This document shows, piece after piece, positions 18,701-25,782 of a stretch of 58,837 nucleotides of DNA (within the stretch, counting starts at the first letter, position 1; each line of letters opens with the position of its first letter). The notes beneath the pieces were generated by a model. It had not been told where the DNA came from and searched no databases. It saw only the letters and a program-made list of their open reading frames with translations. The translations under genes were made by a program, and so were the position numbers. This DNA is from Thermoanaerobaculia bacterium (lineage in GTDB: Bacteria > Acidobacteriota > Thermoanaerobaculia > UBA5066): positions 1-58,837 of the forward strand of contig JBGPDK010000003.1 of NCBI GenBank assembly GCA_041482235.1, given 5' to 3'.

Positions 18701-19104
18701 CCATTGCCGTCTGGGTCGGGATGATCGCGCTCATGGGACTCGACGCCGAAACCGGCATCTTCATGCTCCTGTTTCTCGACCTCGCCCACGCGGAGGCGAA
18801 GGAGAAGGGTCTGCTCCGGAATCGCGCCGACCTGATCGAATCCATCATCCACGGGGCCGTCAAGAGAGTGAGGCCGAAGGCCATGACCGTCTGCGCGGCA
18901 TTTTTCGGGCTGATTCCGATCATGTGGTCGACGGGCGCGGGCGCCGACCTGATGAAGCGCATCGCGGCGCCGATGGTGGGCGGCCTCGTGACCTCGTTCG
19001 CGCTGGAGCTTCTCGTCTACCCGGCCGTCTACATGCTCTGGAAGGAGCGCGAGCTGCCGGGAGCGCAGGGGCCTTCCTTTGTCGTCCCTGCAATCACGAC
19101 CTGA
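15787..19104 (+). CDS. cusA: CusA-type heavy-metal RND efflux pump (Cu+/Ag+)
   Basis: DAIPDLSDTQVII, LGPDATSVGW; Met triad contexts EFMP, SMMET, WTMPI; RVRPKAMT. Confidence 0.93.
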   Translation: MSASPHAEPGLIQKVIRFSAENKYLVVAIYAIVIVLAVGVIRRTPLDAIPDLSDTQVIIYSRWDRSPDVLEDQVTYPIVTSLLGAPKVKTIRGFSDFGFSYVYVIFEDGTDIYWARSRVLEYLSKIQSRLPAGVKTELGPDATSVGWVYQYALVDESGKNATDDIRSYQDWFLRYAVQSVAGVAEVASVGGSQKQYQVTLDPNTLSAYGLPLESVVEAIRKSNNEIGGRLIEFSGREYMVRGRGYLKTALDIGKIVVKTNEKGTPLTVGDVGRVSLGPEIKRGIADLDGKGDAVGGIVVMRSGENALDVIERVKARLKEIEPSLPPGVKIVPTYDRSDLIKRSVDTLRSKLIEEIIVVSIVILVFLWHVPSAIVPIVTIPISVVLAFIPFNAMGLNINIMSLGGIAISIGILVDGAIVEVENAYHKLQQWNDGGRPGDFHKVRLAALMEVGPSVFFSLLVIAVAFLPVFTLVDQEGRLFRPLAFSKNLAMAIAAFLAITLDPAIRMMFARMDGFSFRPKWLAWIVNQLAVGKYYAEEKHPISVVLHRLYERPCRAVLRHPKTTIAIALLVMLSTVPVFLKLGSEFMPPLYEGSILYMPTTLPGISVTEAEHLLQVQDRVLKSFPEVERVFGKAGRADSSTDPAPFSMMETTVILKPEAEWRKKERWYSSWAPEWLAGFFRHAWDDHISHEELVDEMDRALKIPGTTNAWTMPIKNRIDMLSTGIKTPIGIKVFGSDLKEIERIGVEVEAAVKAVPGTRSAFAERVAGGYFVDFDLDRDALARYGLTVDDANAVIMTAIGGETVTTIIKGRERYSVNVRYSRELREDLDLLARVLVPTMSGAQVPLGQLAAIHQVRGPAMIRNENGLLSGYVYVDFDTSKEDVGGYVEKAKKAVAENVKVPPGYSLQWSGQYENMIRVKERLKVVIPVTLVLIWLLMYMNTKSAMKTMIVLLAVPFSIIGAVWFLYLLGYNLSIAVWVGMIALMGLDAETGIFMLLFLDLAHAEAKEKGLLRNRADLIESIIHGAVKRVRPKAMTVCAAFFGLIPIMWSTGAGADLMKRIAAPMVGGLVTSFALELLVYPAVYMLWKERELPGAQGPSFVVPAITT

Positions 19105-19125
19105 ACCCCAAAGGGAAATGTAGAA

Positions 19126-21519
19126 ATGTCGACTCTTCCGACGCTGCCTTCTTCACTGCCGGCCGGGACCGCGAAGGACCTCGTCTGCGGCATGGACGTC
19201 GACCCGGCCCGGACGAAGCATTCCACCGCTCATGAGGGCAAGGGCTACTTCTTCTGCAGCGCGGGCTGCCTCGAGAAATTCCGCCGGGAGCCCGGGAAGT
19301 ATCTGTCGGGCGGCGGTCACGAGCCGATGGAGTCGGCAGCGCCCACGGCGGCCGCGGCGCCAGCCGGCAAGGGCGTCGAGTACACGTGCCCGATGCACCC
19401 CGAGATCGTGCGGCCCTCTCCCGGCTCGTGCCCGATCTGCGGCATGGCGCTCGAACCGCGGACGATCTCGCTGGAAGACGCGCCGAATCCCGAACTCGAC
19501 GACATGAAGCGCCGGCTGCGAGTTGCCGTCGTGCTCACCGTACCGCTGCTTTTCTTCGAAATGAGCGCGATGGTGGCTCCACAGCTCGTCGGCGGAGTCT
19601 CGCCGCGCCTCGGCCTTCTCGCGCAATTGATTCTCGCGACGCCGGTCGTGCTGTGGTGCGGGAAGCCGTTCTTCGAGAGGGGATGGGCGTCCGTGAAGAC
19701 GCGCAACCTGAACATGTTCACACTGATCGCGCTCGGGACGGGCGCGGCTTACACATACAGCCTGGCGAAAACGGCCGAGTTCCTTATTCCCTTTCTAAGC
19801 AGATCTTCTTCTTCGGTCTCTTCGGCACATCCCCCAACGCACGACGTCTACTTCGAAGCGGCGGCGGTCATCACGACGCTCGTCCTTCTCGGGCAAGTTC
19901 TGGAGCTCCGCGCCCGCGAGAAGACGGGCGGCGCGATCCGGGCGCTCCTCGGCATGGCGCCGAAGACGGCGCGGCTCGTGAACGCGGACGGTGCCGACGA
20001 AGACGTTCCGATCGAGCGCCTGAAGAGCGGAGACCGGGTGCGCGTGCGCCCGGGCGAGCGCGTTCCCGTCGACGGCCGCGTCGTCGAGGGTGAGAGCGCG
20101 GTCGACGAATCCATGATTACCGGCGAGCCGGTTCCGGTCGCCAAGAAGGCAGGCGATGCCGTGACGGGCGCGACGGTGAACGGGAACGGCGCCCTCGTCA
20201 TCGAGGCCCTGAAGGTGGGCGGCGACACCGTCCTCGCGCAAATCGTGCGGATGGTGTCCGAGGCCCAGCGGAGCCGCGCGCCGATCCAGCGGCTCGCGGA
20301 CAAGGTCGCCGCCGTCTTCGTTCCCGTCGTGATTCTCGTCGCGGCGGTCACCTTCGCGATCTGGGCGCTCGTCGGGCCCGAGCCGCGCCTGGTTCACGCG
20401 CTCGTGAACGCCGTCGCCGTCCTCATCATCGCCTGCCCGTGCGCTCTGGGCCTCGCGACGCCGATGTCCGTCATGGTCGCGATGGGCCGCGGCGCGGCGG
20501 CGGGAGTTCTCTTCAAGAACGCGGCCGCGCTCGAACGGCTCGAAAAGGTGGACACGCTCGTCGTGGACAAGACGGGCACGTTGACAGAGGGGAAACCGAA
20601 GATCGTTTTAGCAAAACCCGTGGCTGGGTTTCAGGAGGATGCGCTAGTTCGATTCGCCGCTAGCTTAGAAAGGGGGAGTGAGCATCCCCTCGCCGCCGCG
20701 GTCGTCTCGGCGGCGGAGGAGCGTCATCTCCCGCTGGCGCCCCCGAGTGGGTTTCGCGCGATTCCGGGTAAGGGTGCGCAGGCGCGCGTCGAGGGCCGCG
20801 TCGTCGCCGTCGGCTCTCTTTCACTATTCGAAGAGAATTCTCTTCCTCTTTCGTTTCCATTTTCCGCGGATGTTCTCGCCGAGGCCGAGGCCGAACGTGC
20901 TCGTGGCCACACGGTTCTCTTCGTTTCGGTCGACGGCAAGCCAGCCGGATTCCTCGCCGCGGCGGATCCGATCAGGCCTTCCACGCGCGCGGCGATCGCC
21001 GCGATGCATGACCTCGAGATTCGTGTCGTGATGCTCACGGGCGACGCGAAAGCGACCGCGGAGGCCGTGGCGAAGGAGCTTGGGATCGACGAGGTCGTCG
21101 CGGGCGTGCTTCCGGCCGGGAAGGCCGAGACCGTGGCGCGGCTGAAGAGCGAGGGCCGGATCGTCGCGATGGCGGGCGACGGCATCAACGACTCGCCCGC
21201 GCTGGCCGCGGCCGACGTGGGCATCGCGATGGGGACGGGGACCGACGTGGCCATCCAGAGTGCGGGGATCACGCTCGTCGGCGGCGACCTCTCGGGTCTC
21301 CTGCGCGCGCGGCATCTCAGCCGCGCGACGATCCGGAACATCCGGCAGAACCTCTTTTTCGCGTTCGCCTACAACTCGATCGGGGTCCCGCTGGCGGCCG
21401 GCGTTCTCTACCCCTTCTTCGGCCTTCTCCTCTCTCCGATCATCGCGAGCGCCGCGATGAGCCTGAGCTCGGTCTCCGTCATCGCGAACGCCCTGAGGCT
21501 CCGGCGAACCGCCTTGTGA
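19126..21519 (+). CDS. copA: Cu(I)-translocating P1B-type ATPase with YHS and heavy-metal-binding N-terminal domains
   Basis: DLVCGM..FCSAGC, YTCPMHP..CPICGM, TGE, CPC, DKTGT, HP, GDGIND, YN and MSLSS. Confidence 0.95.
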   Translation: MSTLPTLPSSLPAGTAKDLVCGMDVDPARTKHSTAHEGKGYFFCSAGCLEKFRREPGKYLSGGGHEPMESAAPTAAAAPAGKGVEYTCPMHPEIVRPSPGSCPICGMALEPRTISLEDAPNPELDDMKRRLRVAVVLTVPLLFFEMSAMVAPQLVGGVSPRLGLLAQLILATPVVLWCGKPFFERGWASVKTRNLNMFTLIALGTGAAYTYSLAKTAEFLIPFLSRSSSSVSSAHPPTHDVYFEAAAVITTLVLLGQVLELRAREKTGGAIRALLGMAPKTARLVNADGADEDVPIERLKSGDRVRVRPGERVPVDGRVVEGESAVDESMITGEPVPVAKKAGDAVTGATVNGNGALVIEALKVGGDTVLAQIVRMVSEAQRSRAPIQRLADKVAAVFVPVVILVAAVTFAIWALVGPEPRLVHALVNAVAVLIIACPCALGLATPMSVMVAMGRGAAAGVLFKNAAALERLEKVDTLVVDKTGTLTEGKPKIVLAKPVAGFQEDALVRFAASLERGSEHPLAAAVVSAAEERHLPLAPPSGFRAIPGKGAQARVEGRVVAVGSLSLFEENSLPLSFPFSADVLAEAEAERARGHTVLFVSVDGKPAGFLAAADPIRPSTRAAIAAMHDLEIRVVMLTGDAKATAEAVAKELGIDEVVAGVLPAGKAETVARLKSEGRIVAMAGDGINDSPALAAADVGIAMGTGTDVAIQSAGITLVGGDLSGLLRARHLSRATIRNIRQNLFFAFAYNSIGVPLAAGVLYPFFGLLLSPIIASAAMSLSSVSVIANALRLRRTAL

Positions 21520-21525
21520 CTGAGG

Positions 21526-21541
21526 TGGCAGTGGAATTGCG
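21526..21541 (+). promoter_or_regulatory. Candidate sigma54 (-24/-12) promoter
   Basis: TGGCAGTGGAATTGCG with exact GG-N10-GC spacing; intergenic, about 50 nt before the YHS gene. Confidence 0.6.
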
Positions 21542-21592
21542 TGATTGTTTGGAGGTGCCCAGAGGCACCGCATGCTCGAGGAGGCCCCGGAG

Positions 21593-21769
21593 ATGGCAAA
21601 AGACCCTGTTTGCGGCATGACCGTCGACGACAAAGCCCCGCTGAAAAGCACGCATGCGGGAAAGAACTACGTGTTCTGCTCCCCTTCCTGCAAAGCGAAG
21701 TTCGACAAGGAGCCGGGCCGGTACGCGCCCCCTGCCGGGGGAGAAGCCCTGCGAGAAAAGCGGGCCTGA
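21593..21769 (+). CDS. Small stand-alone YHS/TRASH domain protein (58 aa)
   Basis: MAKDPVCGMTVD...YVFCSPSCKAKFDKEPGRY; GAGGAGG upstream. Confidence 0.88.
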   Translation: MAKDPVCGMTVDDKAPLKSTHAGKNYVFCSPSCKAKFDKEPGRYAPPAGGEALREKRA

Positions 21770-21786
21770 AGCGCGTACGGCTTCGC

Positions 21787-22275
21787 GTGACGTTTTCAGA
21801 GTCGCCCCCGGCGGGACGCCCGGCCGTGTTTTCCGAATTGTCGCGCAGGCTCCCGGAGCTGCCCGTCGTGGTCGTCGGCTTCGGCCTGAACGTGGTATGG
21901 GAATTTCTCCAGTCGCCCCTCTATGCCGATCGCGGCCGGGAGCTCAGCTATCTCGTCCGCTCCCGCCTGCATTGTGCCGGGGGCGATGTGCTGATTCTTC
22001 TCTTAGCGTTCGGCGTCACGTCGCTTATCTTTCGGTCGAGGCGATGGCTCGGCGCCGGCCGCCGCGGGCCCACCGTCCTCTTCGTCGCCCTCGGCTTCGC
22101 GTACACGGTGTGGAGCGAGTGGTTCAACACGCAGGTCGTGCTCTCGTGGCGGTACGCCGACTCCATGCCGCGCGTGTTCGGAGTCGGACTGGCGCCGCTC
22201 GCGCAATGGGTCGTGGTCCCAGTTCTACTCACCCTGATCCTTCGAAATTCCCGCCCAGGCCAAACGTACGTGTGA
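21787..22275 (+). CDS. Uncharacterised multi-pass membrane protein; start uncertain
   Basis: About four hydrophobic segments with conserved-looking polar motifs NVVWEFLQSPLY, HCAGGD, WRYADSMP, PLAQW. Confidence 0.65.
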   Translation: MTFSESPPAGRPAVFSELSRRLPELPVVVVGFGLNVVWEFLQSPLYADRGRELSYLVRSRLHCAGGDVLILLLAFGVTSLIFRSRRWLGAGRRGPTVLFVALGFAYTVWSEWFNTQVVLSWRYADSMPRVFGVGLAPLAQWVVVPVLLTLILRNSRPGQTYV

Positions 22276-22289
22276 CAGCCCGCCGAAGA

Positions 22290-22305
22290 TGGCAGGAGAA
22301 TTGCT
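22290..22305 (+). promoter_or_regulatory. Candidate sigma54 (-24/-12) promoter
   Basis: TGGCAGGAGAATTGCT with exact spacing; intergenic, about 48 nt before the Met/His-rich gene. Confidence 0.65.
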
Positions 22306-22352
22306 CCCTGATGCCTGAACACGCGGTGCCAAAAGGCCGCCAGAAAGAAGAT

Positions 22353-22883
22353 ATGACGATGAAAACTCACCATTTTGGGCTCCTCGTTCCTGGCATCTTC
22401 GCCGCCACCGCTCTTGCGCTGGCCACGAGCGCCGGCGCGCAAACGCCTCCTGCGCCCTCTCCGGCCGCCAAGAGCCCTCAGGCGGCCCCGATGACCGGCC
22501 ACCACAAGGACAGCGCTGCGGCGGCCAAGCATCACGCTGACATGAAGACCGAGTGCGAGGGCATGATGGCGAAGAAGCAGGAGATGCAGGACAAGCTCCA
22601 GGCCATGGACGGGACGCTGGATAAGCTGGTGGCGGAGATGAACGCCGCCAAGGCGTCAAAAGACGTCGACGCCCTCGAGAAACCGATGGCAGCCGTCATC
22701 AACGAGCTCGTCGCCCAGCGCAAGGCTTCCCACTCCATGATGATGGAAATGCAGCCCGCGATGATGTCGCACATGATGCATCACGCGGAGATGCACGGCT
22801 CGAAGGGCGCGATGGAGTGCCCGATGATGAAGATGGACCATGCTCACGAAGCGAAGGCGGAGGAGAAGAAGCCCAAGGCGTGA
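22353..22883 (+). CDS. Secreted Met/His-rich helical protein (putative periplasmic Cu/Ag-binding)
   Basis: C-terminal part of ORF 21654..22883. Signal peptide ending AGA-Q; hand count of about 23 Met and 13 His in 176 aa. Confidence 0.8.
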   Translation: MTMKTHHFGLLVPGIFAATALALATSAGAQTPPAPSPAAKSPQAAPMTGHHKDSAAAAKHHADMKTECEGMMAKKQEMQDKLQAMDGTLDKLVAEMNAAKASKDVDALEKPMAAVINELVAQRKASHSMMMEMQPAMMSHMMHHAEMHGSKGAMECPMMKMDHAHEAKAEEKKPKA

Positions 22884-22964
22884 GCGTCGGTGGATGGAGC
22901 AAGGGGCGACCTGGATTGCAAGTAATGACTGATCTACTATATAACCATATATGAGGTACGCCTG

Positions 22965-23852
22965 ATGACTCTTCTGCCGCGCTCTGCCAGACGCTTGCCC
23001 CTGCTCCTTCTCCTCGGAACGGTCCTTCCGGCCGCCGCCCAGACCGGTGGCATGCAGAACGGCCCCTTCGACGGAATGTCGGCCGAGATCGTCGTTCCGG
23101 CAGCCGTGCGGGTCGACGGGAAGAACGGCGCGTTCTTCCAGACGGATCTCTGGATCCGCTGCCGCACCGTGCCCGTCTCGGCCACGCTCTCCTTCCACCC
23201 CGCGGACGCGGCGAGCGCGGCGCCTGCCGCGACCGTTTCGATGACGCTGACCCAGCCGGTCACCTATCTGCCCGACGTCCTCTCGGCGACGTTCGGCGTC
23301 CCGAAGAGCGCCGGGAACATCCGGATCGTCGCCGGGGCCCCGGTTTCCGCCGTCGTTCGCGTGTACAACAACGGGGGCGGGGGCGCCTACGGCCTTTCGT
23401 TCATGGGCATGCCGTCGACGATGTCGCTCCGCTCGATGCCGATGATGGGCGGCTCTTTCGGCATGGACGATTTCGCCATGTACATGCTCGGCCTGCTTCC
23501 CGGGCCCGGAAACCGCGTGAACGTGAGCGTCGTCAACACGAACTCCGGAACGGTGACCGGTTCCGTCGAGGTCCTGGATTCGGACGGTTCCGCGCCGTCG
23601 GGCACGGGCGTGACGGGCCTCCCGTTCCAGATCGCCGGCTATTCGTCCCACCAGTTCAACGACGTCCTCGCGAACATTCACTCGCGCTTCGGCTCCGGAG
23701 ACACGGGCCTGCAGGTTCGGGTTCGGCTGAACCAGGGTTCGGCCGGGATGGTCATGGCCTACGCGGTCGTCAACGACAACTCGACGAACGACGGCTATGT
23801 CGTGATGGGATCCATGATGAACGGCGGGAGCGGCATGGGGATGATGCCCTGA
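22965..23852 (+). CDS. Secreted beta-rich protein with Met-rich patches, function unknown
   Basis: Signal peptide AAA-Q; VVPAAVRVDGKNGAFFQTDLW and AYAVVNDNSTNDG motifs; about 20 Met in clusters. Confidence 0.78.
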   Translation: MTLLPRSARRLPLLLLLGTVLPAAAQTGGMQNGPFDGMSAEIVVPAAVRVDGKNGAFFQTDLWIRCRTVPVSATLSFHPADAASAAPAATVSMTLTQPVTYLPDVLSATFGVPKSAGNIRIVAGAPVSAVVRVYNNGGGGAYGLSFMGMPSTMSLRSMPMMGGSFGMDDFAMYMLGLLPGPGNRVNVSVVNTNSGTVTGSVEVLDSDGSAPSGTGVTGLPFQIAGYSSHQFNDVLANIHSRFGSGDTGLQVRVRLNQGSAGMVMAYAVVNDNSTNDGYVVMGSMMNGGSGMGMMP

Positions 23853-24140
23853 CCTGACGTTCAGTCCCGGATGCGGGAGCCGTTCCTCCGGAGCGTCTTC
23901 GTTGCGCTAGAGTTCCTGGATTCCCGCCGAGGATGGCGCGAGGAAAGGGACGTGGGTGAGCATGACGCTCGGCGGACTGCTTCGCGCTCTCCGCGCTCGC
24001 CCTGATGAAGCGGAGCTGACAGAGGAGTGGGGCTACTGCTTCTCTGCGCTCTTTTATTTATTGACTGGCGTTCGCTCATTCAAAAGCAAGGATTGCAGTT
24101 GAAATTCAAGATATGGAAGTAAGGATCGAAGGAGGTCCAT

Positions 24141-24263
24141 ATGGAAGGTCCCGGCCGGGGATGTTTGGCTGGATTGATCTCGTGGAAGCTGGGTGGGGGG
24201 TTGCTCTCGACGATTGTCATCTTCATCATTGCCTATGCGTTGCTGGGTCATGTGCACTGCTGA
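24141..24263 (+). CDS. 40-aa small membrane protein (below the ORF-track cutoff)
   Basis: GGAGG 5 nt before the ATG; MEGPGRGCLAGLISWKLGGGLLSTIVIFIIAYALLGHVHC*. Confidence 0.6.
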   Translation: MEGPGRGCLAGLISWKLGGGLLSTIVIFIIAYALLGHVHC

Positions 24264-24287
24264 GGCGTAGCGGAGTTTCCGCCGGGG

Positions 24288-25286
24288 CTAATGCAGAAAC
24301 CTGTCCAGCATGGCCGTGCGCTGCTGGGTCACCCAGGTTTTCCAGCTTTCCGCCGCGACGCGCGGATACTTCTTCCTGCCGAACGTGACCCAGGCGTCCC
24401 GATAGGGGATCCACGCTTGTTGGGCCTTCCTGATCCCCTCCCGTGTCACGGTCCCCCAGTGGGTGCTCGACCCGGTCTGGGTCCGACTGTATGCGGCCTT
24501 CATGGCCGCATCCGCCTTGCGGAAGTCGTCGGACGAGAATCTGGGCAATTCGCCGCGTTCGAACCGCTCGAGCGTGGAGATCAGATCCCGTTCCAGGAAA
24601 GCCACCTCGTGTACTTCGAGGGTTCCGCTCAGGTCGATCTCCATGCCCACTCGAGCTTCGGAGAACTTCTGAGCCTTCGCTCGAAGGGCGCGGGAAGCCC
24701 TCCTGTTCCCCGCACTCCATTTGGCGACAATGGCGTCCAGTCTTCCGCCACGTTCCACCTTGTCGAATCTGTCCTGCAGAATGGCGCACTGCTCGTACAT
24801 GTACTTCCCGGCGCTGTAGTCGCAGATGCTGAACGTGTCGCCGGTCCAGTCTTCCTCTTTGAGACGCGCAAGCCGTCGCACGCGGCCGGCAATGTCGATC
24901 GGTGCGCCGCCTATCTCGCATGCCAGCTTGAGCGCGACATCGAAGTCACGGGCCGCGCCCTTGCCGTTGGCGTAAACCATCATCAGGATGGTTTTTCCGC
25001 CGAAGGCGAGGTGCTCGTCACCCTTTTCCATCTCCACATAGGCGCACTTGCGGGCTTTTACCGGATCAGCCGGCTGCCCGAAACCAAAGTAGAGGTCTGC
25101 CGCGACACAGCTCGCCAGTGTCTTTTTTTCCTCTGAAGTGGGGCGGTCCCCGGAAGGCCATTCGACGTCCTTGAGCGCCGCGCACAGCCGCCGGGTGTCC
25201 GGGTCGAAACTCTGGGATTGTGCAAACGCGGTAAGAACGGGCGAGGTCAGCAGAAGCACGAGCAGCGAAGGTACGTGTCTAGGCAT
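24288..25286 (-). CDS. Secreted protein with a Sel1-like repeat and a C-terminal LprI/DUF1311-like domain
   Basis: Signal peptide AFA-Q; MVYANGKGAARDFDVA; ADAAMKAAY..IRKAQQAWIPYRDAW. Alternative start at 25304. Confidence 0.72.
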   Translation of the reverse strand: MPRHVPSLLVLLLTSPVLTAFAQSQSFDPDTRRLCAALKDVEWPSGDRPTSEEKKTLASCVAADLYFGFGQPADPVKARKCAYVEMEKGDEHLAFGGKTILMMVYANGKGAARDFDVALKLACEIGGAPIDIAGRVRRLARLKEEDWTGDTFSICDYSAGKYMYEQCAILQDRFDKVERGGRLDAIVAKWSAGNRRASRALRAKAQKFSEARVGMEIDLSGTLEVHEVAFLERDLISTLERFERGELPRFSSDDFRKADAAMKAAYSRTQTGSSTHWGTVTREGIRKAQQAWIPYRDAWVTFGRKKYPRVAAESWKTWVTQQRTAMLDRFLH

Positions 25287-25782
25287 GGGGTGGCCCCCGA
25301 CCATTATCGCCCGATTCGGGGGCGGTTCAGGGGACGAGACGAGCTCCTCGCGGAGCTTTTCGGATCGAGGGTTGGAAGCTCTGGAAGTGCCTCCAAAACA
25401 GAGAGTTAATGAAGGAGTGGACCTGATGATTCTTCTGCATCATGGAAAGTGCGACACATCGCGAACCATAGGTTTTCCATTGGACGCGAATACAACTCGC
25501 GAAGAGGCTCTCGAAACGAGGAGTTAAGGAGCGATCGGATTCTCGACTCCATGATGCTTCTGCACCAATGCAATCGCGGGCCGTAAACGATAGGTTATCT
25601 CTCCGGAGATCTAACACATTCGGCCTCCAGGCGACTTGAGCGAGAGGACTCATGGATGTGGACACCCGTGTGGGAGGTGCTTCAAAAGAGGAAGAAGTCG
25701 TCCTTGAATTTTCCGACGCTTCGTGTACGCGCACCGGACGGATCCACTCAAATGGTTACATTTTCTTGCAAAGGATGGTGTT

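Noticed and set aside
22903-22920. Possible sigma54 promoter before 22965 (and a similar one at 25753-25770)
   Set aside because: GG-to-GC spacing is off by 1 and 2 nt respectively, and sigma54 spacing is strict.
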